Assembly: GCA_047967505.1 (NCBI GenBank)
Contig: CM106538.1
DNA from: Dipteris shenzhenensis
Lineage: Eukaryota
Direction: 5' to 3' (one strand)
DNA length: 64,000 nt
Shown here: piece after piece, positions 41,201 to 53,200 of the stretch
How positions within the stretch are numbered: the stretch's first letter is position 1
Layout: each line of letters begins with the position of its first letter
Notes under the pieces: model-generated
What the model saw: the letters and a program-made list of their open reading frames with translations, nothing else
What the model was told of the DNA's origin: nothing
Database searches by the model: none
Made by a program: the position numbers and the translations under genes

Positions 41201-44200
41201 GACTGAAGGTAATAATTTTCAGTCCATGGTTTCCGGACAGCAAGGAGTTTTGGCAAACCTGGTTCAGCCTGGTTATTTTGGTGGTGGTTCAGTGTTTCAG
41301 GCTATGGTCAGCCCACAAGCCCAATTTTCGGGTATGCCTGCTAGCCAAACAGTTGGGTTTCAGCCTAGTTTACAGCCCATGGGACAGAACATGATGTATG
41401 CAAATGTTGGAGCAGCCCTAGGGATGCAAACAGGTATGCCTAATGCAGCAACAGGTAACCTTGCTTTTGGAAATATGCAAAATTCGGGTGCTGGTCTGAA
41501 TAGTACAGCTTTTCCTAATGCTGGTAGTGTGGGGGATAGAGTGAGTGCTGCTGTCCCTTTTGCCCAAGCACTTGTTTATGACAATTTGGCACCTCAAGGG
41601 AAGTTAAAGGACTTTAAAGAGGCAAGTGCAGCTGTGAAATTTGAGACATTCAGTGGGGTGCAAGACACACTTAAGGCTTTGACCTTTTTGCAGTAGTTCG
41701 ATGCGCGCTACACAGGAGGAAATTTCAGAGAGTCATCCACAGCACACCGGGTTGCAAGTTGTCTAAAAGGGAATGCATTTCAGTGGTGGACCACTATGCT
41801 TATGCAAAACATTGCACCAAACACGTGGGTAGGTTTCAAGCGGGTGTTTCCAATTGCGTGGCTTACCACAGCTTTTGAAGTGAATATCATGACTGCTTGG
41901 CATGAGCTGAATTCCAATAATTGCTGTAATTTGGAGGAGTATAACAGCAACTTTTGGGCGGCTTTGTTGCCTGTTAGCTCCTATCGGATTGTTCCTCTCA
42001 CTGAGTAGGTTGAGAAATAATGTTGTGGGATGCCTAAGGAGTTGAGAGACTACTGCACGAAGACTCAAGTCTCCAATATGTCTCAGCTTATCGAGAATGC
42101 TAGCACGGCATATGCTTTGATGCAGGGGAGGACTTCTGGGTTCAAAGGTGGACAGAAGCAGGAATCTAAGAATGGATCTCACAGGGTTAAGTCTGATAGA
42201 AAAGCTAATCGTCAAAAGAATGAACGTAATCGTTTGTCTCCAGAGGAACGACGCGCTTTATATGAAGCTGGCAAATGTTTTATTTTCAAAGAGGAGGGAC
42301 ATTGGTCTAGAGATTGTCCCAACCGTAAGAGAAAGGAGCCGGCTAGAGACATGGATGAGCCACGGAATGTTTCGAAGGACAAGAGTTCCTAATTCCACAG
42401 CGGGATGTTTCCGGCTGGTTTTGTATAGCGTGGTATACAAGCACTTGTAAAAAGAATTTTGTATGGTAGAGTTTGCCACTCTTTTTGGCATCTGATTCTA
42501 GATGATGTATATGGTTTGTAGGATGGTGTTTTCCCTGCTACTTTTAGATGCTTTTTTGTCATGAGGTTTTAACAAAATGAGATTGCTATTTTTGTAATGA
42601 GGTTTTGACAAAAATAAGAATGCTATTCTTGCCATGAGGTTTCAGTAAAATATGCATGTTATTCTTGTCATGAGGATTTGCCTAGATGGGAATGCTCTTT
42701 TTTGTCATGTGGTTTTCACAAAAAGAGAATGGATTCCCCTAGACCTTGGTTTCGGATGCGCAATTCTTGCAAGTGGTCTATGTCATGCATCGTTGGCCGC
42801 AATATACGTGGTGTACTAGTCACATTGGGTGTACTAGTCGCTTGGTTTGCAATGCTATACGTATTTGTTATCTGCAGCTCTACAAATCGTATATGCATTA
42901 TTGGTGATCTGTTGGCAGCATGATTAGCTGTCCACTCAGATTTGGATTTGGATACTTCGGCGGATGTTCATGATGTACCACTAGTGTGGGTTTGAAGAGA
43001 TGGCCATAGGTGGGTAAAGCATGCATGAACTATCCTTGGGAAGTACAGTCTGAGTATCTATGTGCATGTATTAAATGTTTACATATGCTCATGATGTACC
43101 ACTGGTATTAGGTCCTTAGGGATGGCCATACGTGAGGTGGATCGGACATTGTGGGAGCATTTTGTTTGTGAATGCATGTATGCATGTATGTGGAATGTTT
43201 GCTTATCTTTTGCCTAACAAACATTGTAGTGTTTCCACTTGGTTTTCTTTTGCAGGTAATTTTTGGCAATCGAGGACGTTTGCCTTCTTTCAAGAGGGGG
43301 GTCTATCATGAGGACATGAAATTATGGGACTCTTGATTTGTGACTCTCGTAATTTGCTCGTGACTGCCTTGAGCCTCTGGGGCGCGAGGGGCCATGGGGT
43401 GAATTAAAATTCCTAGTGGGCCCTTGGAAATAGTGAATGTGCGCCCAGTTACTAGGCAATTAATTCCTAGGACCAAAGTGTGCAACAGGGGGCCCAAAAG
43501 AGTGGTGCAATTAAAAAACTGCTTTTAGGGGCCAAAAGAGTGGTGTAATTAAAAAACACTGCCTTTTTGAAGCCTAGGGCTTAAAAAGGGGGGGGGGGGA
43601 GTCCTTCTTTTAGATTCAGTTGGCCAAATCAGTTCTAGAGGAGCCAGATCATCAATTTGGAGCTGCCAGAGCTTGCCAGGGGAATTCGTTTTTAGCCAGG
43701 GGCCAGGCTCAGGTGATCCAGGGCTTGCCAGGGAAATTCGTTTTTACCCAGGGGCCAGTTCCAAGTGATCCAGGGCCTACTAGTGCAAATCGCAATTGAT
43801 CCAGGAGCCTGCTGCACGTGGCAATTTCTGCCAGGGTGTCTGTTCCAGTTTGCGATTTGCTTTTGGGCTCTTCCAGGCTGTTCCAAGTGCCTGCGATTGG
43901 TTCTAGGGCTGTTCCAAGAGTTCTAAACTTGACCAAGCTACTCCGGGTGAAATGCGACTTGGCTTTTTCAGGCTTTCAGGGTCTGCAGGAGATTTTGATC
44001 TGATTTTATGGAGCTTTCTAGGTGTTGTGACTGGTTTTGGTAACTTCCCAGGTGTGGGTTTTTCAGCCCAGGTGACCTTTTTTGTGGATTCCGGGTAGAA
44101 GAAGGCTTGTCTTTGCCTGCTTTTGCCGTTCCCTGATTGGTTGCTGGCTAGTTATTGTGTTTGGGTTTCTTTCTTCGAAGAAGGGTTGATTTATGCTGTT

Positions 44201-47200
44201 CGGCAGTGGCCAGGGAGGCTATAGATTGAGGCAACCCGTTGGGAAGAGTTTGGTTGTTTAATTGCACTAGAGTTTATCTATTTAGGGCTTTGTCTTGCAG
44301 TTGTTTAGCCGTGTTTGGCTGGTTGGGCACTTGGTCGTGCGATTGCAGGAGTGGTTCAGACAGTGGATTCTATTGGGGTCTCTGTTGCATGCTTTGGTTG
44401 GTTGAGGATACAGGATTGTCTAGTGATTGGATGCGGTTCACCGTTTGAAGTTGAGCAGGGAATTACAGGGTGGGTTGGACAAGGAGTTTGCGGGCGTCGG
44501 TTTGCCTATGGTGCAGCTTCTCAGAGACCTTTGTAATCAGCCGCTTGGCTTCAAATGAATGTTAAATAAATACTGCAATGGGCGCCAATGTTTGGGGCCA
44601 ATCCGTGTCTTGTTTCTGAGTAGGAGCGCTCTAGCTCCCCTGTGATTTGTTTTGTGGTGCATATTTACTTGTCAATTTACTGTGTATACTGTAATTAAGT
44701 GGATCCTACCACCCTTTACGTTGTTGAGGCTGGTTTCACATAGTTCCTTCGGTCTTTTGAACACTTCGATAAACTTTCTTTCTTTCTGTCTTGGAAGATT
44801 TTAGTTTCTCGGGGAGAGAGAGAGATTCTAGTTTTTTGGAAGATTTTGTTTCTTGACTTGCTTGTTTATCTTTGCTTAGTCACCTGCTTCCTTTCTTCTT
44901 TATTTCTTGTTTTCTCTCTCTTTTGTTTATTTGACGTATTTTAGAAAGCACTGGGTTTGCTCAAGAGACTCTGCTGGTCTTTAGAAACCTAGTATAGTTG
45001 CACTGATGACGACATAAGTGTTGCTTTGCTTGCTAAGTATGTCTTCCTTTTGTTTTTCATAAAAGTTTTTGTTTACCTCTTTTTTCTTGTCTTTCATTTT
45101 CTCTTTTATTTTTTGTGTAGATTCTTTAGAACAACAAAAAATCTAAATTTGTATGATTGGACTTATTCTAGTCTTACAAAGGTATATTTCTTTCTTTTTT
45201 TCTGCCTTTCCCTTTCCAATCCCCCTTTTTCCTATTAGTTCTCCCTTCTTGTGGAGTATTTTGTACCCTTGTGGTCATGGACCTCTTGAGCTTGGCCAAG
45301 GTTTATTGGCTATTTGAGTCAAGATAGGATGTTGAGCAAGGGCTGTAGTAAGAGAGGCCCACCCAACATCCTCCTTTCCTACTACCCTTGGCTCAAGATT
45401 TGCCCTCCCAGGTTTCTCCTAATATGGTAGGTTGAATCTTGGTTCAAACATTGGAGAAAGAGACATTATGTAAAAAAGAATGCAAAAAGAAGAGCTAGAA
45501 GCCAGAAACATGTGAGGAAGCTATAGAGAGGGACCTTCTCCCTCCTTCACAGACTTGGGGTAGGGGATAGTAGGAGGAGACTTGCTTGGAGGACTTCACA
45601 CAGTCTACAAGAGGTCCACGGTTATAGGATCTTTTGGTGGCACAGACACCTCTTAGTCTCAAGAGGCCACATTGGCAAATAGAGCTTCTTTCTTTCCCTC
45701 CTTGGAAAAGATAGCTAGGTCCTCCACTCCCAAGGCTCTGGGGCATGCCCGCCAAGGGGCCTCCCCCTCTTGCTCTTCCCTTCTTTTGCTCTTTGGGGGT
45801 GCCTCTCTCCTTCACTCGCTCTAGTCTCCTGGAGGGAGCCAGTATCTACTCCCTCTCCTCTCCTCCCCTCCATGTACATCTCTCCCATTGTCTTTCAATT
45901 CTAGTGTCCATGTTGAAATCTCCATTCTCCCTGCGCCCTTCTCGCTTCAGCCTTGTCTCTTGCCCTTGCTCCTTCTAGGCCTCTTCTTCCACCTTTCTTG
46001 AATCTTTCCCCTATAACCCCAAATTCACCTGCCCTCCATCCATTGGATTGGTCCCCTACAATAGATGGTATGATCATGAGTGTAAGGCATTAATTCAAGA
46101 CCAAGTATACCTTCGATTGAGGCAAGACCAAATGAGAATATCACCATTTTGGTCTATCAAAAGAAGAGGGATTTCTTAGGGAATGGAGTGGCTCCCCTTT
46201 TCTCTTGGAATCATCTACAGGTTTGAGGTGACATTTTCAGCCTCACCCTTGGTTACTTCATTGCTCCGTTTAGGAGTTTATTTTTGGCCCATCTAGGGAT
46301 AATTTCATGTACCGCATGATTTTTTTCTCCCTTGTGTTTTTTCAGTGAGGGTCTTTCATAGAAGTCTTTTTCTTGGAAACAAGAAGAAGAAGAGGGATTT
46401 CATCCATGAGAATGAGGAGGAACCACTAAGCATTCGGTTTAGTAAATCACTAAGCATTCGGCTTAGTAGTAACTCCAAGGACGTTAGGTGAAAGTTTCTC
46501 CAGCGAAGGTGCTTGTCCCTTGTAATTGACCCAACCATTTGGCACTCGTTCTCACACAGTTTACGACATTCCTCATCATTCAACCTTACACCTCTCACAG
46601 CTACCTTGCCCTACCTCTTGCTACTTTTCACCTTCGATGATATCAAACATGCAGCCTTGAAGCTACACAATGCCCAAGCCAAAAATCACGAGGGGCTATG
46701 CAATGAGCACATTGCAAAGAGACTTCATTGTCTTTAGAAACCCAGTATAGCTGCTTATGCTTGGGCATTGATGACGACATAAGTGTTGCTTTGCTTGTTA
46801 AGTATGTCTTCCTGTTCTCCAAAAAGTTTTTGTTACCTCTTTTTTCTTCTCTTTCGTTTTAACTTTTATTTTCTGTGTAGAATTTTGGACTTTAGAATAG
46901 AAATGAGTTTGCCCAAAGAGGATGGGGCTATATGCCAAGAGGAAGGGGGAGAGCCCCAAATCATGGAAGAGGAAGGGCCACTCATACTTCACAAGTTGGA
47001 AATTACCAATTTTTGGTAAGCTTGGGCACTATGAGCGAGATTGTTATGCAAAGCATAATGGCACACATAGAGGGCATTGTGGAAGACCACAATACAATCA
47101 TTATGTTGGTGGAAGAGAGTATGCACATGAGCATGGATATGGCACTCACCTCTTTTGTATGGAGCATGTTATGAGCAGCATGCAGGAACCTTTATTTAGT

Positions 47201-50200
47201 GATGATTGGTTCATAGATTCGGGAGCCGCGAATCATATGAATTAGGGGCTATATATTATGCTGAGGAGAAAGAGGGCTACAAAGGAGGACTATATGTAGG
47301 CACTGAGAAGTGCAACGGAGCTGAACAGAATTGGAGAGAGAGAGCAAACCACTCACATACGGAATTAGAAAGGAGAGAGAGACGAGAGACTCCAAGGGAG
47401 CTCAGGACAAAACCCCACAACTGTTGGGGAAAACCTCTACTCATATAGGCACCAAAATGCTCCACATTAAGATGGTCACAAGTGAGGGAAGGGGGGCCTA
47501 AACTTGGATTACCTATGTCTTTTCTTAGTATGGATGTGCGCACATATGCTCCATATGCGCTCAGCTGATCCAGTAGTACAATCCTGTGATAAAACTCGAA
47601 GAGCTAATCTTTGCAAAGTGGGAATAAGTCGCCCATTTATCTCCCACCATGATACAACAAATTTCCTTTGCTCTAGACTCATAGCCACATCTCGCCTGAA
47701 TTGGCTACGGTCATGAACATAGAGGACAGACTCTCTTTCAATCCTATAAGATGAGTCATGGACATTGCTTTAGTGTTAGATAGAAATTAGGATAATGATT
47801 CGTGAAGTAGACTTTAAAGGCATGCATGCCAGAGTCAAAAGAGGTTGCAAGTAAAAGCTCATTGATCGTACAATATACTAGAATCAAGAATCAAGATACT
47901 TAGAAGTTAGTACTCACAGTCCTTGCTCTTTAGAGGGGATAACTGTATCCACATAGGATGTCCATCCATTCATAAGAACAATATCGGACCAATGACTTTC
48001 CTGCTTGTACAATGGATGCACCATGTAGGAAACAATATGGATTGGTTTATGAAACCAGTTCCATCTTTTTGTCCATATGGCACGAAGATCATCCACCCTG
48101 TAAATTGCAATATATTAAATTTCAATACTATGTATAAATAAACATTCTCTAAATTCTATGTAGCAGCTCATGAGTCATGATAGAATCACTAAAGAGTTTG
48201 CATACCTATGACTTGAGAGAGATCTACAATTGAGCATACTCTCTTCAAGCTTTTGCATGTAGTGATAAAGATGACTCATTGTACTTCCCTCATGTCAAAT
48301 AATCTTAAAATGAAGTACAAAGGTGCAATGGCAGCCTTTATGGCTGCAGCTTCTTCCCAAAACATACTGTCCAAGATGTATGAAGTGATTGTACATGCCT
48401 CCGCTTTGCAGCTTCCTCTCCAAGCTTCCCACTCTTCACTACAAACGAGACGCCTAAGCGCATCTTTCGTTTGTGTCATCCTACAAGTTTAGGACAAGTT
48501 AAGAATCAAAATTTGAATACATAAGTATCAAGAATAAATGAACTCTCACTTGGCTAGCTAAAAAAGGATGTTGACTTACCTTTGAAGAACAAGAAAGAGA
48601 TAGCCAAATCTTGTCTTAGATGGCTTCACAAGATCATACTTGCATACTGCTCTGAAAAGAGCTAATGTAAGGCTCTTTCTTGTTATGAACTTGATGATTT
48701 GGCTTGCTTTATTAAGAGTAGATTGCACCCAATTCAACTTGGCAATGTTCTCCATCATCAAGTCCATCGAGTGAGAAGCACATGGAGTCCAAACAATGCT
48801 TTAATAATCTCTCTCAACCAATTCTCCCATCTTGGCACAATTGGAGCCATTGTCAGTAATAATTTGGACCATATTTTGTGTCCCAACCTCCTCAATGGCA
48901 TTTTTAATGTGTCCATAAATCCATTCCCCAGTGATACTCAAGCCAGGAGTGGAGGCATCAACTACACGAAGTAATGTAGTGCGAGCACAAGATGAGACGA
49001 AGATATTTATGATGTGGCGCTGCCGCTGGCCACATATGGCAAGTCACAAGAATCAAGATCCATAAGTAAATCATACATTTGTTGTTAATACTAAAATCAG
49101 CCACCACAATGTGGTAAACCAATGCCATTGCGCGATCGACCAACGCCACCATCCTCCGCCCAAGAAATCCAAGAGCTGCAAGTACAAGATGCTATCCTCT
49201 GTGCCCAACGTCACTTCGATCGGAACCGACTCCGTGAGTGTTAAATCAGCAACAACGACAGCTCCGGTCCCCCCAAGAAAGCCTCCTTTGAACCCATCCG
49301 TTACAAGAAGAAAGCCGCACCGCTCGCCCGTGCCCCGGCCTCATCCACCACCACATACCGTTCAACAGTTCGATCAACACCACAAAGACTCAAGAGTCAA
49401 GAGTGAAGGGTTGTACTTATAACTTACAGTGTCACTCCATCCATCTGACATGATGCTACAACCATATCGCTCCCAACAAGCTCTCAAACCCACAAGCTCC
49501 TCTTGAATCTGCCTCACTTGGTTTGTCAAGTGGGTAGTTCTCAAGGACTCAGAATTTGCTGGTTGTAGACCTGTAGCTCCTGCTGCGGCTGCTGCCACAA
49601 GTGCACGATGGAACTTTTGGTATGCTGGACATCGAGCTATGTTGAAAGCAAGGTTGCATTGATAGAAGAAACGATGCTCAGCTATTTGAGCCTCTTGCTT
49701 CAACTTTGGAGCAAAGCTAGCATCAAGGGTGATTTGGCGTCTTGGCAGCTCTCTTCCCCTCTTTCTTGTTGTTGCAGCCTTGAGATGAAAATGGGAGGAT
49801 GTTGGGATCCTCTCATGACCCACATCAACACTAACAAAGCTTGATGAATGTGGAGAAGCCACAACATGCGAGGGAGCTTCATCTGCATTGACATTGGGTA
49901 AAGACTCACCAATGTTAGAAGACTCTGGGGTGATATGAACTTGGGAAGAAGCCCTAGTATTACTTTGAGAAGACACTTGAATTGAGGTTCTTGTTGAAGT
50001 AGAGGCCCCTCTTTTCAGTGCTTTACTTTCCTTGGCTTCTTGCACCTTCGCATCAATTATCTCCGAAGGCAAAGGTAGAAGGAGCAATGACCGGACCTCT
50101 TCAAACTTTGATGGCAATCCACCATGGGCCAAAAAAATACCTTCTGGAACATGAGTGCAGCCATGTGTTCCTTGCGCTCTCTCCCAAATGTAATGTGCCT

Positions 50201-53200
50201 TCACCCGGTTTGATGCTTCTCGAATTGTTTCCCCACAATACTTGCAAACCACACATTTTGTGCCAGAAGTACCATCTTTGCTAATGAGAACTGAATCTTG
50301 CCAAACATCACGCTGAGTGGGAGACTTGCGAGGAGGCATGATGGAGAAGGCCTTGAAATTTGGGAAGAAACAGAGAATTGGGACAAATTGGGCTGCTGCT
50401 CCTTGATCCAGGTGCTGCTCCTTGAGCAGAACCAAAAAACAGCAGCAACAAAGGGGATGGTGGGCAGGACTGTCGGTGGCAGCAGGCCCTAGGCGTGGGC
50501 GTCGATTGCAGCCTGTTTGTGTAGGTCGTTGATGGCGTCAATGCTTGTGCAAGCAGCAGGTCGTTGATGGCGTCAGTGCATCACTATTCTAGCGCAGGTC
50601 TCCCTTCTAGCCTCTAGGCCTTGTGTTAGTGGTGGCTAGCAGCAGCTAGCTTGAGCCTTGCAAGCAGGTCAACGGAGCAGCGGCAGTGCTAGCACATATG
50701 CTAGCCCACGAGCCACAAGCTCACGTGAGCGTAGGAAGCATAGGGAGTAGAAGCGGACTGGAGAGGATGTTGAGTACACAAACAAAATCAGGCCGGGAGG
50801 ATCGCAATTGATTCGCGAAGGGCAAAAAGGAAAAAACAGGTCACTCCTCACAAATTGTTAAAAATGAAAATCCCACCAGAGGGTATCCCTACACTGGAAG
50901 ACTGATAGATGAGCCCAGGAATTACACGCAGAAGTGTTTCAATGTGGAATCAAACTTCTTAACTTGTGTGTTTCACAACCATAGATATGTGTGCAAGCCA
51001 GTAAATAGACAGTGCAACCTAGACAAATATAGAACCCACAATGAATATATTTTCGTCCCTCCAAAACTGGACACAATACAAAAGAGATGTGGAGTCCCAC
51101 CAAACTGTGGTCCTCCGATCTTACCTAAAGTCCTCTTGCTATCTGCCTGGCACCTCTAGATCTCTGAGCCGCGTGCTCCTCTGAGCTTATGCAGACTCTC
51201 TGTCCAGTGATCCTTCCACCTTACTGCCCGGGTAGTCAGCCTAGGTGGGCAGCCTCTCTGGAATAAGTCTGAGCTTCTTGTAGACCTCCTTCACCTTCTC
51301 CCTTCTGCTGCTCCGTCCCTGTTCTCTGTGGGCTGCTCCAAGTGATGCCAAGAAGGGGCCCAAATGGCCCATTTTATAAGGCACAAGACCCTCACAAAAT
51401 AACGGACCAGCCAGCCCAAATGGCCCTGACTGGAGCTCAGCCCCTTTGCCTATAAAGGCCAGCCTGGTGGCTGGCTTGGACGGGCCCAACCAGGGCCCAC
51501 CTTCCCTCCTTGCCTTGGGCTACACCCAGCCTTGGTCTTGGGCCCAAACCAGGCCCATGAGCCTTCCAATCAGCCACGAAACAGGGCGCCTCTTCTTGCA
51601 GTAGTTCCTCATCTTTCCAGGCCCCTTCCGGCTTCCAGATCTGCTCCAAAATAGTCCATACACCTGCCCGTACTGATGCTGATGTGATCACGCCTGTCCA
51701 CACAGCCCTTCTTGCTGGTTTCCCTGTGCAGTCCTGTCCTCTCCATCCATGGACAGTGCTGTACCATTTCTGCCCACCATGGTGGCCCTGATCTGCCAGG
51801 TAGTTCCACCCTTTCTCTGCTGCCCACATGGTAGCCCATGTGCTGCCCATGTGGCAGCCCCATGTCCCATTCTAGTATCCTATGGTCCACCCCCCCAATG
51901 CATTCCTCATTTGGGGGCTCACAAGTGGGGAGGTGACCAACCCTAACCCAACACGAACACCTCCGAACAGCAGCCCTAACCTCCTCTCAATTTGCTGGCT
52001 CAACACTCCCTCCACGTCTCGGGTCTCTAGCCAACTGTGGCTCTGATACCCTGTGAGAAGTGCAGAGGAGCTGAACAGTGAACTGGAAAGGAGAGAAAAA
52101 GACGAGAGACTGCAAGCGATCTCAAGACAAAACCACACAGCTGCTGGGGAAAACCTCTGCTCATATAGGCACCAAAATGCTCCACACTGAGATGATCACA
52201 AGTGAGGGAAGGGGGGCCTACATATAGGCAGCCACCCCCCTAGTTGGCTGGTCATCTTGGCCGACCAGCAGGCCGACCCACCTACTCTTAGGACCGACAC
52301 CCTCTGCTACATATAGGGTCTGTCCCCCTGGCTCTAGAGCCAACTGGGCTGCTCCCAGTGGCTGACACTCTCCTGCCCTATAAGAGGGCTGCTGCATAGC
52401 CTCTAGGGGCTGCTGACCACCATGCTCCACACTGCCCCACCAGGAGTGTCACCACAATGTAAATATCCTAAGTCAAAGTACAGTTGACCATTTATTTGAT
52501 CATAATTAAAGAGTTTTATATGTGTTAATTACGGTCAAAGAGTTATTTTAATGGTCAAAGGATTGACTACGGTCAAAGATACTTGACTCTAGTCAAGTAA
52601 ACCTGACTACGGTCAGAGAGTGTTGACTTCGGTCAACAAGACTTGGCATGCGCCAAGAGGGGTTAACCCCGGTTAACCAAGATGTGCCAACCTCGGTTGG
52701 AGAGACTTGGCTATAATTAAGGCGCCTTGACCTTGGGTCGAAGCTCTTTAATTATAATCAAGAGTGTTGACTCCGGTCAATCAGAGAAAATATATATATA
52801 TATATTTATATATATATATATATTTGTTTTGATGTGCACATGTGTTCAGTGGGGACGCCCACCGTGACTAGGATTAGTCCACAGTGTGTTATTTGCATGC
52901 AAAGTGCCAACAATTAATGGGTACCATGGTGGTGCGCTTTTAATTAATTGTTGCAGGTACTAGGAAGGATTATTTTTCCTAAGCGAAATGGGAGCCTGAC
53001 AAGCATCTAGGAGGCGGTTCGTGTGACCGAGAGCTTTGAAGACTCCCGAATGGCCCTTAGAGGCTTGTAATAGATTTTAGTCTAGATTTTAAACAAGTGG
53101 CAGGTTGCCAATTTGAATGGGGCTTGAAGCTCTTGTAAAAAAAGGAATTCTTTTCACGTTTGGAGAGAGACTTACGAGACAGCTTGAAGCTGAACTTCTG

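Noticed and set aside
45000-45030. CTGATGA plus stem-loop resembling a hammerhead ribozyme core
   Set aside because: The required GAAA after stem II is absent in both copies (GCTTT), and the alternative type II fold has mismatched stems
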